Shown: piece by piece, positions 1-11,842 of the stretch
How the letters are laid out: every line of letters begins with the position of its first letter
Position numbering within the stretch: position 1 is the first letter of the stretch
Source: Octopus vulgaris
Lineage: Eukaryota
Assembly (NCBI GenBank): GCA_951406725.2
Contig: OX597819.1
Location: 34,038,001-34,102,000, forward strand
Length of the DNA: 64,000 nucleotides
Direction of reading: 5' to 3'
Program-made: the position numbers and the translations under genes
Notes under the pieces: model-generated
Database searches by the model: none
Told to the model about the DNA's origin: nothing
What the model saw: the letters and a program-made list of their open reading frames with translations, nothing else

Positions 1-476
1 AATGGAATTTGTATCCTTGTGGTACCAGTGCCGGTGGCACATAAGAAAACCATCCGAACGTGACCGTAGCCAGTACCACAACGACTGGCCTCCATGCTGA
101 GGGCACGTTACAAACACCATCCGAGCATGGCCGTTCGCCAGCCTCGTCTGGCACCTGTGTCGGTGACACATAAGAAAACACCATCCGAGCGTGGCCGTCT
201 GCCAGCCTCGTCTGGCACCTGTGTCGGTGGCACATAAAAAAAAAACACCATCCGAGCGTGGCCGTCTGCCAGCCTTGTCTGGCACCTGTGTCGGTGGCAC
301 ATAAAATCACCCACTACACTCTCGGAGTGGTTGGCGTTAGGAAGGGCATCCAGCTGTAGAAACACTGCCAGATCTAACTGGCCTGGTGCAGCCTTCGGGC
401 TTGCCAGACCCCAGTTGAACCGTCCAACCCATGCTAGCATGGAAAGCGGACGTTAAACGATGATGATGATGATGAT
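1..476 (+). mobile_element. 3' UTR of RTE-clade LINE with ~60-bp tandem units and (GAT)n tail; cut by window start
   Basis: Near-identical to the reverse complement of 27291-27775, where the same UTR follows an RTE ORF C-terminus; ends ggacgttaaacgatgatgatg. Confidence 0.85.
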
Positions 477-503
477 ATATACATATGATATATATGATGT
501 ATA

Positions 504-1266
504 TCTATATATATATTAAGATGAGAATGTGTGTCTGTGAGAATCCCTAAAACTCAAGAATTACACAAATGATTTCATTCAAATTTTACACATACATTGC
601 ATATGGTCCGTGGAATGTCCAAAATTCTGAGGTCCCCACCACATAAACGGCACCTTTCTACAGATAATGAAAAATTTGGCTGCTATTTTTAGCAAGCATT
701 GCTACCAAATAACAGCTATCTGTTTGTGATTCAAATCAGATTCACACATTTTCCTCCAAGTAAATAACTTAATCATTCTGTCATTGAACAATGCAAATTG
801 ACACTTCGTTACATATACCCTGTATGGTGTATAGTTGTTTCCCATTCAACAACTTATGTCCAACTGGACAGAATCTAAATGCACTCGTGGTCCACTTTAC
901 ACACATTTACATACTCTTTTATGAGATAACTTTTCGTGGTTGACGAAAGCCTTCTGAGTGGATTTTGTACATGGAAACTGGAAGAAGACTGTCATATATA
1001 TATATGTGTGTATATTTGTGTGTGTGTGTGTGTGTGTGTTTGTGCCCCACCATTGCTTGACAACCGATGTTGTGTTTACATTCCCATAACTTAGCAGTTT
1101 GGCAAAAGACACGGATAGAATAATTTTACAAAGAATAAATCCTGCAGTCAATTTGTTCGACCAGCATTGGTGCCCAAGTATGGCCACAGCCACATGACTG
1201 AAACAAGTAGAACAATACAAAAACTATGCCATTTTAATCTCAAGCAAGGCCGGGTATCTCTGCTAG
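504..1266 (+). mobile_element. Non-autonomous Helitron, degenerate, containing a nested partial SINE-A (~935-1215)
   Basis: 5' A|TCTATATATAT; 3' degenerate hairpin caagcaaggccggg, then tatctctgCTAG|T. Confidence 0.6.
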
Positions 1267-1318
<52 letters not shown>

Positions 1319-1369
1319 CACACATATATATATCATATATATATATATATAAATATATACATATATATA

Positions 1370-1500
1370 CAGGTGGTGTACAAAACAAACAGATGTATTA
1401 GTATAATACTCAGGAATTGAAAAAGTCTTTTACGTTTCGAGCCTGTGCTCTTCTACAGAAAGGGCCACTGAAAAAACAAGGAGAGAGAAAAAATGTGTGT
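1370..1500 (-). mobile_element. Penelope-like pLTR remnant with variant hammerhead-like core
   Basis: Minus strand ctgtagaagagc-acag-gctcgaaacgt; related to 60830-61020 and 7195-7225. Confidence 0.45.
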
Positions 1501-1687
1501 ACCCTCTTTATAATGTTATCAGTTAACTTGAAAATTAGTATATGTATTGATGGAAAACCTCTATAAATGGCTGATGATTGCTCAACATTTTAAAACTGTT
1601 GTAATACTTACAATGTTTAATAAAATGATGTAGCGTGAAACGATCATACCAAATTACCGAAGATATTCTTGTAGCTTATTTTGAGTA

Positions 1688-1693
<6 letters not shown>

Positions 1694-1754
<61 letters not shown>
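1694..1754. repeat. (TA)n microsatellite
   Basis: Direct reading. Confidence 0.95.
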
Positions 1755-1756
<2 letters not shown>

Positions 1757-1892
1757 TCTGAGTAATAATCATATAGCATGCATTTCCAAAGCTCTTCTAC
1801 AGTTATCGGCTACCATATGCCATCATACAGTAGGAATACCCCTTTTATTTGGTATACATGAGGAAATCCACTAGTAGTCACAAAATTCCAGC

Positions 1893-2198
1893 AAAAGATT
1901 TAATAATACAAGAAGATGAAATGAACAAGCTTTAATCCAACTTTCAGAAATTGTTTCTGTGCATTAGCATCAGATGTTCATATTATACATTTTATGATAT
2001 AAGTATTATATAAACATGATTCATCAATAGCTGTGTACCTGCACATCATCAGGTGAGTGCATGGCTATTGCTGGATTTATATAATAAGTTGCATATATGA
2101 AACACTCAGCAAGTAACAGCTGATGCTAATGCACAGAAGCAATTGTTGTAATTTGAATTAAAGCCTGTTCATTTCATGTCCTTGAATTATAAATTTTA
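1893..2198. repeat. Degenerate inverted repeat (~85-bp arms), probably Penelope-derived
   Basis: tgaaatgaacaagctttaat...tctgtgcattagcatcag (1919-1972) vs ctgatgctaatgcacaga...attaaagcctgttcatttca (2120-2177). Confidence 0.7.
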
Positions 2199-2220
2199 TT
2201 TACACACACTCACACTCACA

Positions 2221-2258
<38 letters not shown>

Positions 2259-2283
2259 AACATACATACATACTTATATATAA

Positions 2284-2676
2284 CTAGCAGTATCGCCCGG
2301 CGTTGCTCGGGTTTGTAAGGGAAATAACTATATAAGCATTTTTGGAGTTGTAAAGTATAATAGCCATCTCAATATGGCTAACCACAAAGGGAGGTGTTAC
2401 TGTAGCTTTTTACGTTCTGAGATTTAATAATACATTTTTAGAGAGTTACTTCCCTTATATAATAGCAAAAAATGCATTAAAAATATGAAAAAATGATAGT
2501 AATTTTTTTTGAAATCGTAGACTCATCATAGATGCGCGCTAATACCCAGAAGGGCTCGATATGAATCACGACTATAAGATACCCACTTTTGGTTACACTG
2601 CACCGCAAAATGTGGGAGTAGTTAGGAATCTAAATCGTAGGAGACAGACACACAACTTCACTTTTATATATAAAGA
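2284..2676 (-). mobile_element. Non-autonomous Helitron family H1, subtype a
   Basis: Minus strand A|TCTTTATATATAAAAG ... cccgagcaacgccggg hairpin, cgatactgCTAG|T; no TSD; four copies in window. Confidence 0.9.
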
Positions 2677-3449
2677 TTATTACTACCCTTTCAGGTAGTA
2701 GTATAGAAAAAATAAATGAAGTTGAAAATGCACAGATATGAAGATTTATTTACATTAAAATGAATCCACTTAACCAGTTTCACATTTGTATGATTTTCAA
2801 AACTGTAGGTTTTGAGGAATGTGGAGTTGTGCTGCAAACTGTATCATAAATCTTCGTAAATATTCTTTACGCATTGTCAACTTTATCTATTTCCATTTTA
2901 TGAATGTGTGTGTGTGTGATATTAGCATTTATTGGAATGAACAATATTGGTGAATTGTATTGATACATTCTATAGTATAATTAATACCAATAAAATCAAA
3001 CATTGTCCACACTCTTGTAATTTAGATATTTTCAGCCTCTTTGAGCAGGAAACATCTACTATTTAGAACAGATATATGACTAAAACCAGAGAAAGAAAAC
3101 AAGTATGCATCTAAGCCACAGTGATATAATAGAAAATATCAGTTGAGCAGATATACTATGCAAATGATATTTCATCATCACCATCAGTAACAGTAGTAAT
3201 AAAGGATCAACAGTTTATACATAAGATTAACAAAGGCCTTGAGGAAACTCCTTCAGTATTCTGTTTTACTCTGGCAGTGAGATAAAACAATATATAGACA
3301 TAAAATATATTCAGGTCATTGGAAACAAGAGAATTAGTGGGACTCGCAAATATACAAATGTATTTGATAGCATCGGATCTGATTCTATCTTTTGTGATAA
3401 GACAGTTGTATACTTTTTGGAATATCGACAGAAAATTTATGAAAGACAC

Positions 3450-3497
3450 AAACACATATATATATACATAAAACACAAAAATATATACACATACACA

Positions 3498-3541
<44 letters not shown>

Positions 3542-3775
3542 CACATATACATATATGCATATACACACATATATACATATATATATGTATACACACAGAC
3601 ATATAATGTACACATGTATATATACATATACACACACATACATACAAGCACACATACACACATACATGCAGGCACACATGCACACACACACATACACACA
3701 CACACACATTACATGTATATTAGTATGAATAAGTGTATGGATATATACACACATATACACACAGATATGTGTTAC
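3450..3775. repeat. Compound (CA)/(TA)/(TACA) microsatellite
   Basis: Direct reading; explains the overlapping low-complexity ORFs. Confidence 0.9.
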
Positions 3776-4391
3776 AGATTTCATATGCAAAAACACTAAA
3801 ATACTAAATTATTTTTTTTTTCTCATTTGTACCCGTAATCACAAGTTGGCTGGTCTTTTTTTTAAAAACAAAATGCTGACATATTAAACACTAGATATGA
3901 TAAAATTCTATATAAAAGAGGCAAAATAAATGAGTCTACACTATCAACCAATCAGAGGAAGGGAGGAAATTTGCATTGTATCTGAAATGCTTTCAATTTG
4001 AGTCTCTATCAGCAAATCTGACGCACATCTATGTACACAAATCATAAAACCACTAATATTTAAAAGCACAACAAACAAAGTCTTGTTAGTAATCAGCTCT
4101 GATACTGTAGCAAAACTGAACCATATTTTAAACAGAGCCGTGTTTGCTTTCTATTTCCTTCTGTTCTTTTTATGTTTATCTTTCTTTAAAATCGTATGTG
4201 TGTGTGTATAGTTATGCACATGTATGCATGCACACATACAGAGGACACATGCATACAATATACTAAAATTGGTGCCACGAGGAATATGCAGGAAATAGGA
4301 ATACAGTGTAGCTTTAGTCAAACGAATGAAATACATAACATGTATTGAGTTCGTCTTTCTATTGTTTATAGATGTTTTTATACATGGAGTG

Positions 4392-4428
<37 letters not shown>

Positions 4429-4503
4429 CATCATCATCATCATCACCATCATTGTTTAACTCTATCTTCTATGCATGTGTAGGACGGTTGACAGGAGCCG
4501 GCC

Positions 4504-4506
<3 letters not shown>

Positions 4507-4550
<44 letters not shown>

Positions 4551-4640
4551 CACACACACACACACACACACTCACATACATACATACATACATACATACA
4601 TACATACATACATACATACATACACACATGCACACACACA
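4507..4640. repeat. (TA)n(CA)n(TACA)n compound microsatellite
   Basis: Direct reading. Confidence 0.9.
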
Positions 4641-5943
4641 TATGAATAGATATATGTGTGTGTATAAATATATATTCATATATGTATATAGATAGATGGA
4701 GAGATACATGGTGGCAGGATGAAATGATGGGGACATGAATGGATGAATGGATGGATGGATAGAAAGATAGATAAAAATCTCACTCATAAATTGAAAGAGA
4801 TTGAGACAAAGAGTAAATAAACAAAGAAAATTATATGGAATCAGACAAACAAAAAACCAAACATATAAAAATGAAGAAAATACAACAATGAAAAGTTAAC
4901 AATGAAAATAAATATGCCAATGGAAGAAACAGGTGAATCTAACATTTTGTGTGATATCCGTTATCAAAGAGAAGGTAAAGGAATAAGAGATCAAGAGAAA
5001 AGTAAAACATGTAATACTGAATTTACGATGACTGTTTACATGATAGGCTTAGTGTAAAGTGGAAGTTGGGGAATGAGAAAGAAGGACCAGAAGTGGCAAC
5101 ACCAGAACTTGGGCCACAGTGAGAATAAATGGAAAGAGGATAGGAGAGCACACAAGAAAGAAAGACAGCATGTGAAGAGAGAGATAGACAGCAAAGGGAA
5201 AGAGAAAGAGAGAAAGAACGAGAGAGGGAGAGAATAGTAGCAATGGAGGGAAAGAGAAAGTGAAAGAGAGATGGGAACCTTATGACACTAGTGTGTATGT
5301 GTGTGCATGTGTATGTGCGTGTGTGTGTGTGAGTAAGCGTGCACATATATCAAGTGAAGTGTAGTTAAATGTGCAATGTTTTCATTTGTGTAGATGTTAA
5401 ATAGTATCTAATATGTGTCAAGGAAACGTTTATGTATCTAGGTGGGCACCAGCCATTTGAGCAATCTAATACATCCAGCTAAGAAAGTAAATACACACAC
5501 ACAAATACAAACAACATGCATACATACACATGAACACACAACATACACACACAAACACTATCTAGTGATTTTACTCGTGCATATGCTTGAGGTAATGATT
5601 TATGTGGTGGTATGGATGTATAGAAACAGTGTGTGGTAAATATGCGAAACCTATGTTTGATGCATGTGTGTGGTGTGATATGCTGTGGAGAAATATGTGT
5701 AGAGGTAAAAGGTTGGAACAGCGTTTGTTAATGTAAAATGAGATGGTGTATGTACCAGTGTGTGTCTGTATGCACATGTGCATGTGAGCTTAGTAATTCT
5801 GCCCACATGCCTATACGTGAGTGGTATGTGGATATATGAATGTATAGGATGGTGTATGTGATCTGTGAGATATATGTGTGTGAGTGTGACATGCTATACC
5901 GCTGTATGGTGCGAGAGGGTACAGTTATGTGAACATGTCTGTG

Positions 5944-6147
5944 TTAGTCATAGACAAAAGGGGAGGAGTAGCCAAAATAGATGACATGCTCTTTGAGGTA
6001 GCAAGAAGCAGGGTGGGGGGTCTGTGAAGGGAAATAACACAACAGACTAAGAGAAGGGGATCGACAAATCTTTAATAAGAGAAGGGTAGTAGTGTATGCA
6101 GGTGAGCTGAAGTGGCAACCGATGGTGATATGGTGTTGCTTCGGCAC
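5944..6147 (-). pseudogene. Possible Penelope-like GIY-YIG endonuclease C-terminal remnant
   Basis: IGCHFSSP...CYLKEHVIYFG..SP loosely resembles the PLE motif VA.HFNS...R..EQ.LIF.LGTL.P. Confidence 0.3.
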
Positions 6148-6550
6148 AAGTCATATTGAGGTTACACACACACACATTTTATTTGGAGTCAAGTCTTGTG
6201 TCTACGGACGCACAGTTTTATATATAAGCTGAGAGTCCTTTTGTGTTTTTCTTGTATTGTCATGTAAATTACCTGGTGAGCTCACACAAAAATGATTGGC
6301 ACTAGGAAGGGCATCAAGCTGTAGAAACGATGGATGATGCCCTCTGTTGAATCAGATGCTGTCAAACTGTCCAAAACAGGTCAGAATGAAAAACAGGTAT
6401 TAAGTGATGATGAAGACATACATGCATACATGCATACAAAGATACATAGATGTATATATATGTACACATATTTAGATACATATGAATATAGATACATATA
6501 CTAATAATCACATATATAAATATATATGTATATATGTATATATATATATA

Positions 6551-6736
6551 TCATCATCATCATCATCATCATCATTTAGCGTCCGTTTTCCATGCTAGCA
6601 TGGGTTGGACGGTTCAACTGGGGTCTGTGAAGCCAGAAGGCTGCACCAGGCCCAGTCTGATCTGGCAGTGTTTCTACGGCTGGATGCCCTTCCTAACGCC
6701 AACCACTCCGCGAGTGTAGTGGGTGCTTTTTACGTG
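6551..6736 (-). mobile_element. RTE LINE 3' terminal fragment
   Basis: (CAT)n followed by ttccatgctagcatgggttggacgg...ggatgcccttcctaacgccaacc. Confidence 0.85.
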
Positions 6737-6794
6737 CTAGTCATATATATATATGTGTGTGTGTGTGTATGTGTGTGTATATGTAATCCTTTTT

Positions 6795-7060
6795 ATCATC
6801 ATCATCATCATTTAATGGCTGCTTTCCATGCTGGTCTGGGTTGGATGCTTTGACAGGAACTGGCAAAGCCAAGGCCCACACCAGCCTTCATAGTCTGTTT
6901 CTGCTTGATTTCTACACTTGGATGCCCTTCCTAACACCAACCACAGTAGAGAGTATAACAGATGCTTTTTATATCACACCATCACCAGTGCATTTTACAT
7001 GGCACCATCATCAATGCTTTCTATGTGGCACCAGCACTAATGCTTTCAACATTGCACCTT
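6795..7060 (-). mobile_element. Older RTE LINE 3' fragment
   Basis: (CAT)n tail and ggatgcccttcctaacaccaacc. Confidence 0.7.
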
Positions 7061-7330
7061 GGTTTTAGGATATTAATTCTGTAGTGGGTAGATCTGCTAC
7101 AGTATATATATATATATAAACACGCACACACACACACACTTTGGAAATGTAACTGCACTGGATTTTCCTTCTTTCTCTTTGGATTTTTCTCTTTCTGATG
7201 AAGAGCTGTGTTCAAAACATTAACACCTCTCTCCTTTCACCACCCATTAAATTAATATATTTCTTGTGCACATTCTCACATTTGTTTTATTCTTTTTTCT
7301 TCTGTTTTTTAATTGTTTGTTCTTTGAATT

Positions 7331-7893
7331 CATAAAAAGCACTATTCGAATGTGGCTCCTGTACCGGTGGCATGTAAGAAAGCATCATCCAAACGTGATC
7401 AATGCCAGTGACCTCCAACTGGCTTCTGTGCCAGTGGCACATAAAAAGCACCATCCAAACGAGGTAGATGCCAGTGCCCCCTGACTAGCTCCTGTGCCAG
7501 TGGCACATAAAAAGCACCATCCAAACGAGGTCAGTGCCAGGTCTGCCTGACTGGCTCCCATGCCAGTGGCACATAAAAAGAAGCACCATCCAAACGTGAT
7601 TGATGCCAGTGCCCTCTGACTGGCTCTCGTGCCAATGGCATGTAAAAAGCACTAACTGAACATGATCGATGCTAGGGACCCCTGGCTGCATCCTGTGCTG
7701 TGACACATAAAAAGCACCTACTACACTCTCAGAGTGATTGGTTTTAGGAAGATCATCCAGCTGCAGAAACATTCCAAGATCAGATTGGAGCTTGGTGCAG
7801 CCGCTGGCTTTACAGACCTCAGTCAAACTGTCCAACCCATGCTAGCATGGAAAACGGACATTAAACAATAATGATGATGATGATGATGATGAC
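7331..7893 (+). mobile_element. RTE LINE 3' UTR with about six ~57-62-bp tandem units and (GAT)n tail
   Basis: Repeated gtgccagtggcacataaaaagcaccatccaaacg, then the conserved terminal segment. Confidence 0.85.
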
Positions 7894-8345
7894 GACAATA
7901 ATTGAAGCAATATTAGTAACAAAAGGTAAACTTTATATCCAACTTAACATAGATGTCTTGTTATTTGGTGACCTCACTGGTGCCAGTAACACAAAAAAAA
8001 AATCACCTCCTACACATTGTAAAGCATTTGGTATTGGGAAGAGCATCCAGCTGCAGAAACCAGACCAAAACCAAAACTGGAGCTTGACACATGTATGAGA
8101 GGATCTCTCAAGGCTTATTACACAGTATTTGGTGTTCTAACAAGACAGCTATCTTAAGTTGGATATAAAGACTACCTTTTGATATTAATACTGCTTCTGT
8201 AGCTAATAATAACTTTTTAATAAGCCTGCTCACTATTTTCAACATCAGTGCCAGAAGTGATGCTGATATTCTATATATCATAGCAGCAAGATTTGACTAG
8301 CACCTGGTGACTGGACGCCTCCCACTGATGATTCCCAGTAGAATG

Positions 8346-8398
<53 letters not shown>

Positions 8399-8561
8399 TA
8401 TATGCTCTGTAACAGCATTGGACTATGTTAGCTCCTATTTCTGGCAATGTAAGTATCATTCACACCCTTAGTCAAGTTTACTTGATGACTATAATTTTCC
8501 TTTATGGCATACCATTGCAAACAGCTGAATTTTTTTATTAATTTTATACATATATGTATGT

Positions 8562-9033
8562 TTGTGTGGCATGGTGCAGAGTCCTCTTGCCAGACCTAAG
8601 GTCATCCACCAGCCACCCTCTTGACCCAGGGCTGCACTACCTCCTCCAGGCACTTAATGTAGGCCTCCATGTTGAGTCTGAGGCTCTGTGAGAAGATGAA
8701 TGGAGGCATAACGTCACCATCACTAGTGATCATGTCAAACACCATGATGTTGATAGGATGTTTGATTTTTATCACTCTTGGTACATGTTTTGGGTACACA
8801 GTAATCCCCAGATTGACATCCCAAACACTCTGAAATATTCATATTGGAGCTTCCAGTATGAATGCCAAGCAGTACAGCATGTTGTTTCCAAAACTATGTG
8901 ATGCTGCTGTTTTTCTCACAGACGGTGCCCAACTGACCCTACTATACTGTTTAGTCAACAAAATCAAAAACAGACAATGAGCATGCGCAAAATTAAAAAT
9001 ATAAAATGGCAACAATTTACCCATCACACCCTG
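8562..9033 (-). mobile_element. Internally deleted Tc1/mariner-superfamily element (maT/DD37D-like)
   Basis: TA|CAGGGTG terminus at 9033; KHPINIMVFDMITSDGDVMPPFIF...YIKCLEEVVQPWVK...WQEDSAPCHT. Confidence 0.8.
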
Positions 9034-9364
9034 TATATACACAGACAGCCAGCCAGCCAGACAGATAGATAGATAATGTACAGTTGCAACTTATTGATTT
9101 GTGTGTAAAATTTGCTAAAAACAGAAGCTAACCTCCCTCAAATCATAACCCACCATCTTAGCCCTTTGCCAGTCCTGGCATTTATGCATCATATACAATG
9201 CACATTCTCCATATTTTTGACCATCAGAGTAACTTGGGACTTACGAAAGAAAAGCTTTATATTACTCAGAACATATGAATCAAAGACTGAAAACAAGCAT
9301 GGATTTCTAAGACAAACTTATGAAGATGTTTTGTACAAGGAAAGGGTTTTAAAAAAAAGGATTC

Positions 9365-9872
9365 ATCAGTGAAATTCTGGTTTAAACAACCATATAACCC
9401 CTAGTAACATTTTTTAGTCTTTGGAGTTTTCAGAAATTTGTATGAATTTCTGTTCTATGCACAGGAATTCATAAGATTATGCAAAAAGGGAAAAAATCTT
9501 TTTATTTTTTTGTCTGCTATTTTTATTACATCCCACGACCACCTGATACCTTACTTGTTTCTTTGTCACTGTGACATGAGTTGATGTTCTTCAATATTTT
9601 TACCTCCATAGACACATTTAATAGAATGGTGGTGTGCTCATAGGTGTTTAAAACTCTGATTTTATAAAAATTTCAAAAAAGAGTGAAAATCCTAGGATTT
9701 GCTGGGTGTAGGTTAAAAATATTTTAGAAAATTATTATTTCTTTTTTTCATTATCATAAGAAATCCCATGTGTAGAATAAACATTTTTTGAAATAAACAT
9801 TTTTTGAAAATTCCAAGAAGTTTAAAAGCTACAAGGGTTTATATGGGGATCTTAAGTCAGAATTCCACGAAT
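9365..9872. mobile_element. Degenerate MITE with long terminal inverted repeats
   Basis: gaaattctgg..ccatataacccc..ttctatgcacagga vs tcccatgtgtagaa..gggtttatatgg..tcagaattcc. Confidence 0.5.
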
Positions 9873-10217
9873 TAATCAATGAAATGACAATAGCAACGTG
9901 ATGAACAAATTTATCCACAACACTTAGTATTATCTCTCTGAATTCTTCATAAAAATCTTACTGAGATTGATAAAATAGATACCAGTAATATATTAGTGAC
10001 CTATAATATGCAGGTTGTAATACCCTCTCTCTCTTTCGGAGAGGCACAAGCACCTACACGCACATATACACACACGGCAGTAACTTCCGCCTGCCGAATT
10101 CAATCACAAAGCTTCAGTCGGCTCGGGGCTATAGCGGAAGACACCTACCCAAAGTGCCACACAGTGGGACTGAACTTGAAACCATGTAGCTAGGAAGCAA
10201 TACAATTAAATATATTA

Positions 10218-10562
10218 TCTCTCTATATAAACGGCAAAATGTCTGTGTGTGTGTCCTTTATACAAATCCACAATTTTTCAGTTAGAGAGCTCGCATTTTC
10301 TATGGTCATTCAAAACCATCCAAGGGTGGTCGTGCTCATCTTTACATTTTCCCAGTCACCCCGCAAAGCCATTAAAAATCAATAGGAGTGACTTTTTTGT
10401 GAATTTTCTATCCAAAACCCAATCAAAATGCCTGAAACTTGATACGCCAATTGAATGCCAGCTAGCTGTATATGATTTGGTCAGAGATTTGTATAGTACT
10501 CGCATGTATGTGTGCACGCAGCTGTATATGCATGACCCGCCGTTGCCGGGTCATAGTGCTAG
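10218..10562 (+). mobile_element. Non-autonomous Helitron family H2
   Basis: A|TCTCTCTATATAAA start; atgacccg-ccgttgc-cgggtcat hairpin, then agtgCTAG|T. Confidence 0.85.
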
Positions 10563-10787
10563 TTATTCTCTAAAAAAAAGAATCAAAAAAGATAAAGGGA
10601 GTGCATAGCTGTGTGGTTATGAAGCTTACTTTGCAACCATGTGAGTTTTGGGTTCATTCCTACTGCACAGCACTTTGGACAAGTGTTTTACTATAGCCCA
10701 AGGTCAACTGATGGTTCAATGCATTGTGAATGAATTTGGGAGACAAAAACTGTGTGGAAGCCCATACATAACACACAGACACACACA

Positions 10788-10852
<65 letters not shown>

Positions 10853-10904
10853 TTCTGTGATCAACAGAAAAAGTACTCCATCTGGTGAATAGATAAATAG
10901 ACAA

Positions 10905-11577
10905 TACATGTTTTCATACGCTACTAATAGTTGTATATGTTGTGATATACCTCAAACATATTCATAAGGCACAAACACACATATCATAATGAACTAACAA
11001 CTGTATTCCTTCTATATGTGGTTAGTTTGATATCTTTCCAACTTTGTAATTTAAGGTCTAAGGAGAATAACTCATTCACCTTTTTTACTCTTTAATTTTC
11101 ACTTTTGTATTACGGAGATGTACTTGCATAGCGAGTGACTTGATCTGAGATCGTGTGCTGGAACGAAAACAATTGCAGCATGGAAGGTGTTTATAAGCCA
11201 TTTAAGAAACACACAAAAACCATTAGATTCACTTCAACATTTAAATTTAATTTGTCGAAATATTTTCGTCGCTTTGAGACCGCGACTTGTTCACTAACAA
11301 AGCTTCGTAGCATGAAGTTTTGTCAGTGAACAGGTTGCGGTCTCAAAGCAACAAAAATATTTCGACAAATTTAATTTAAATGTTGAAGTGAATCTAACAG
11401 TTTCAGTGTGTTTCTTAAATGACTTATAAACACCTTCCACAATGCAATTGTTTTCACTTTTCTGTTTTCTGTTTTCCATTTTTCATTTTTTTAGTTCATT
11501 ATGATACGTGGTTTGTGCCTGCCGAATATGTCTGAGGTATTTCTCAACATATGAAACTATTAGCAGCACATAAAAAC

Positions 11578-11580
<3 letters not shown>
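10905..11580. repeat. Nested fold-back: outer ~90-bp inverted repeats (10905-10997 / 11491-11580) around an inner ~290-bp palindrome (11165-11455)
   Basis: Arms are reverse complements on direct reading; inner loop near 11309-11311. Confidence 0.9.
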
Positions 11581-11619
<39 letters not shown>

Positions 11620-11627
<8 letters not shown>

Positions 11628-11842
11628 TTGTTTATGTGTCTGTGTTTGCTCCCCCACCATTGCTTGACATCCGATGTTAGTGTGTTTACATCCCCTGTAA
11701 CTTAGCAGTTCGGCTTAAGAGACTGATAGAATAAGTACTAGACTTACAAAGTATAAGTCCTGGGGGTTGATTTGTTCAAATAAATGCAGTGCTCCAGCAT
11801 GGCCACAGTTAAAATGACTGAAACAAGTAAAAGAATAAAAGA
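11620..11842 (+). mobile_element. SINE-A 3' half
   Basis: gatagaataagtact...gctccagcatggcc...atgactgaaacaagtaaaaga. Confidence 0.85.

Noticed and set aside
120-305. HDV-ribozyme-like ccagcctc..ctggc motif in the UTR units
   Set aside because: I could not form P1, P1.1 or P2 pairings by eye
3243-3450. Open frames on both strands in unique-looking DNA
   Set aside because: No recognisable motif or convincing splice sites
7331-7715. CRISPR-like repeat-spacer appearance
   Set aside because: The units are homologous along their full length, lie in a LINE 3' UTR, have no cas genes nearby and are in eukaryotic context
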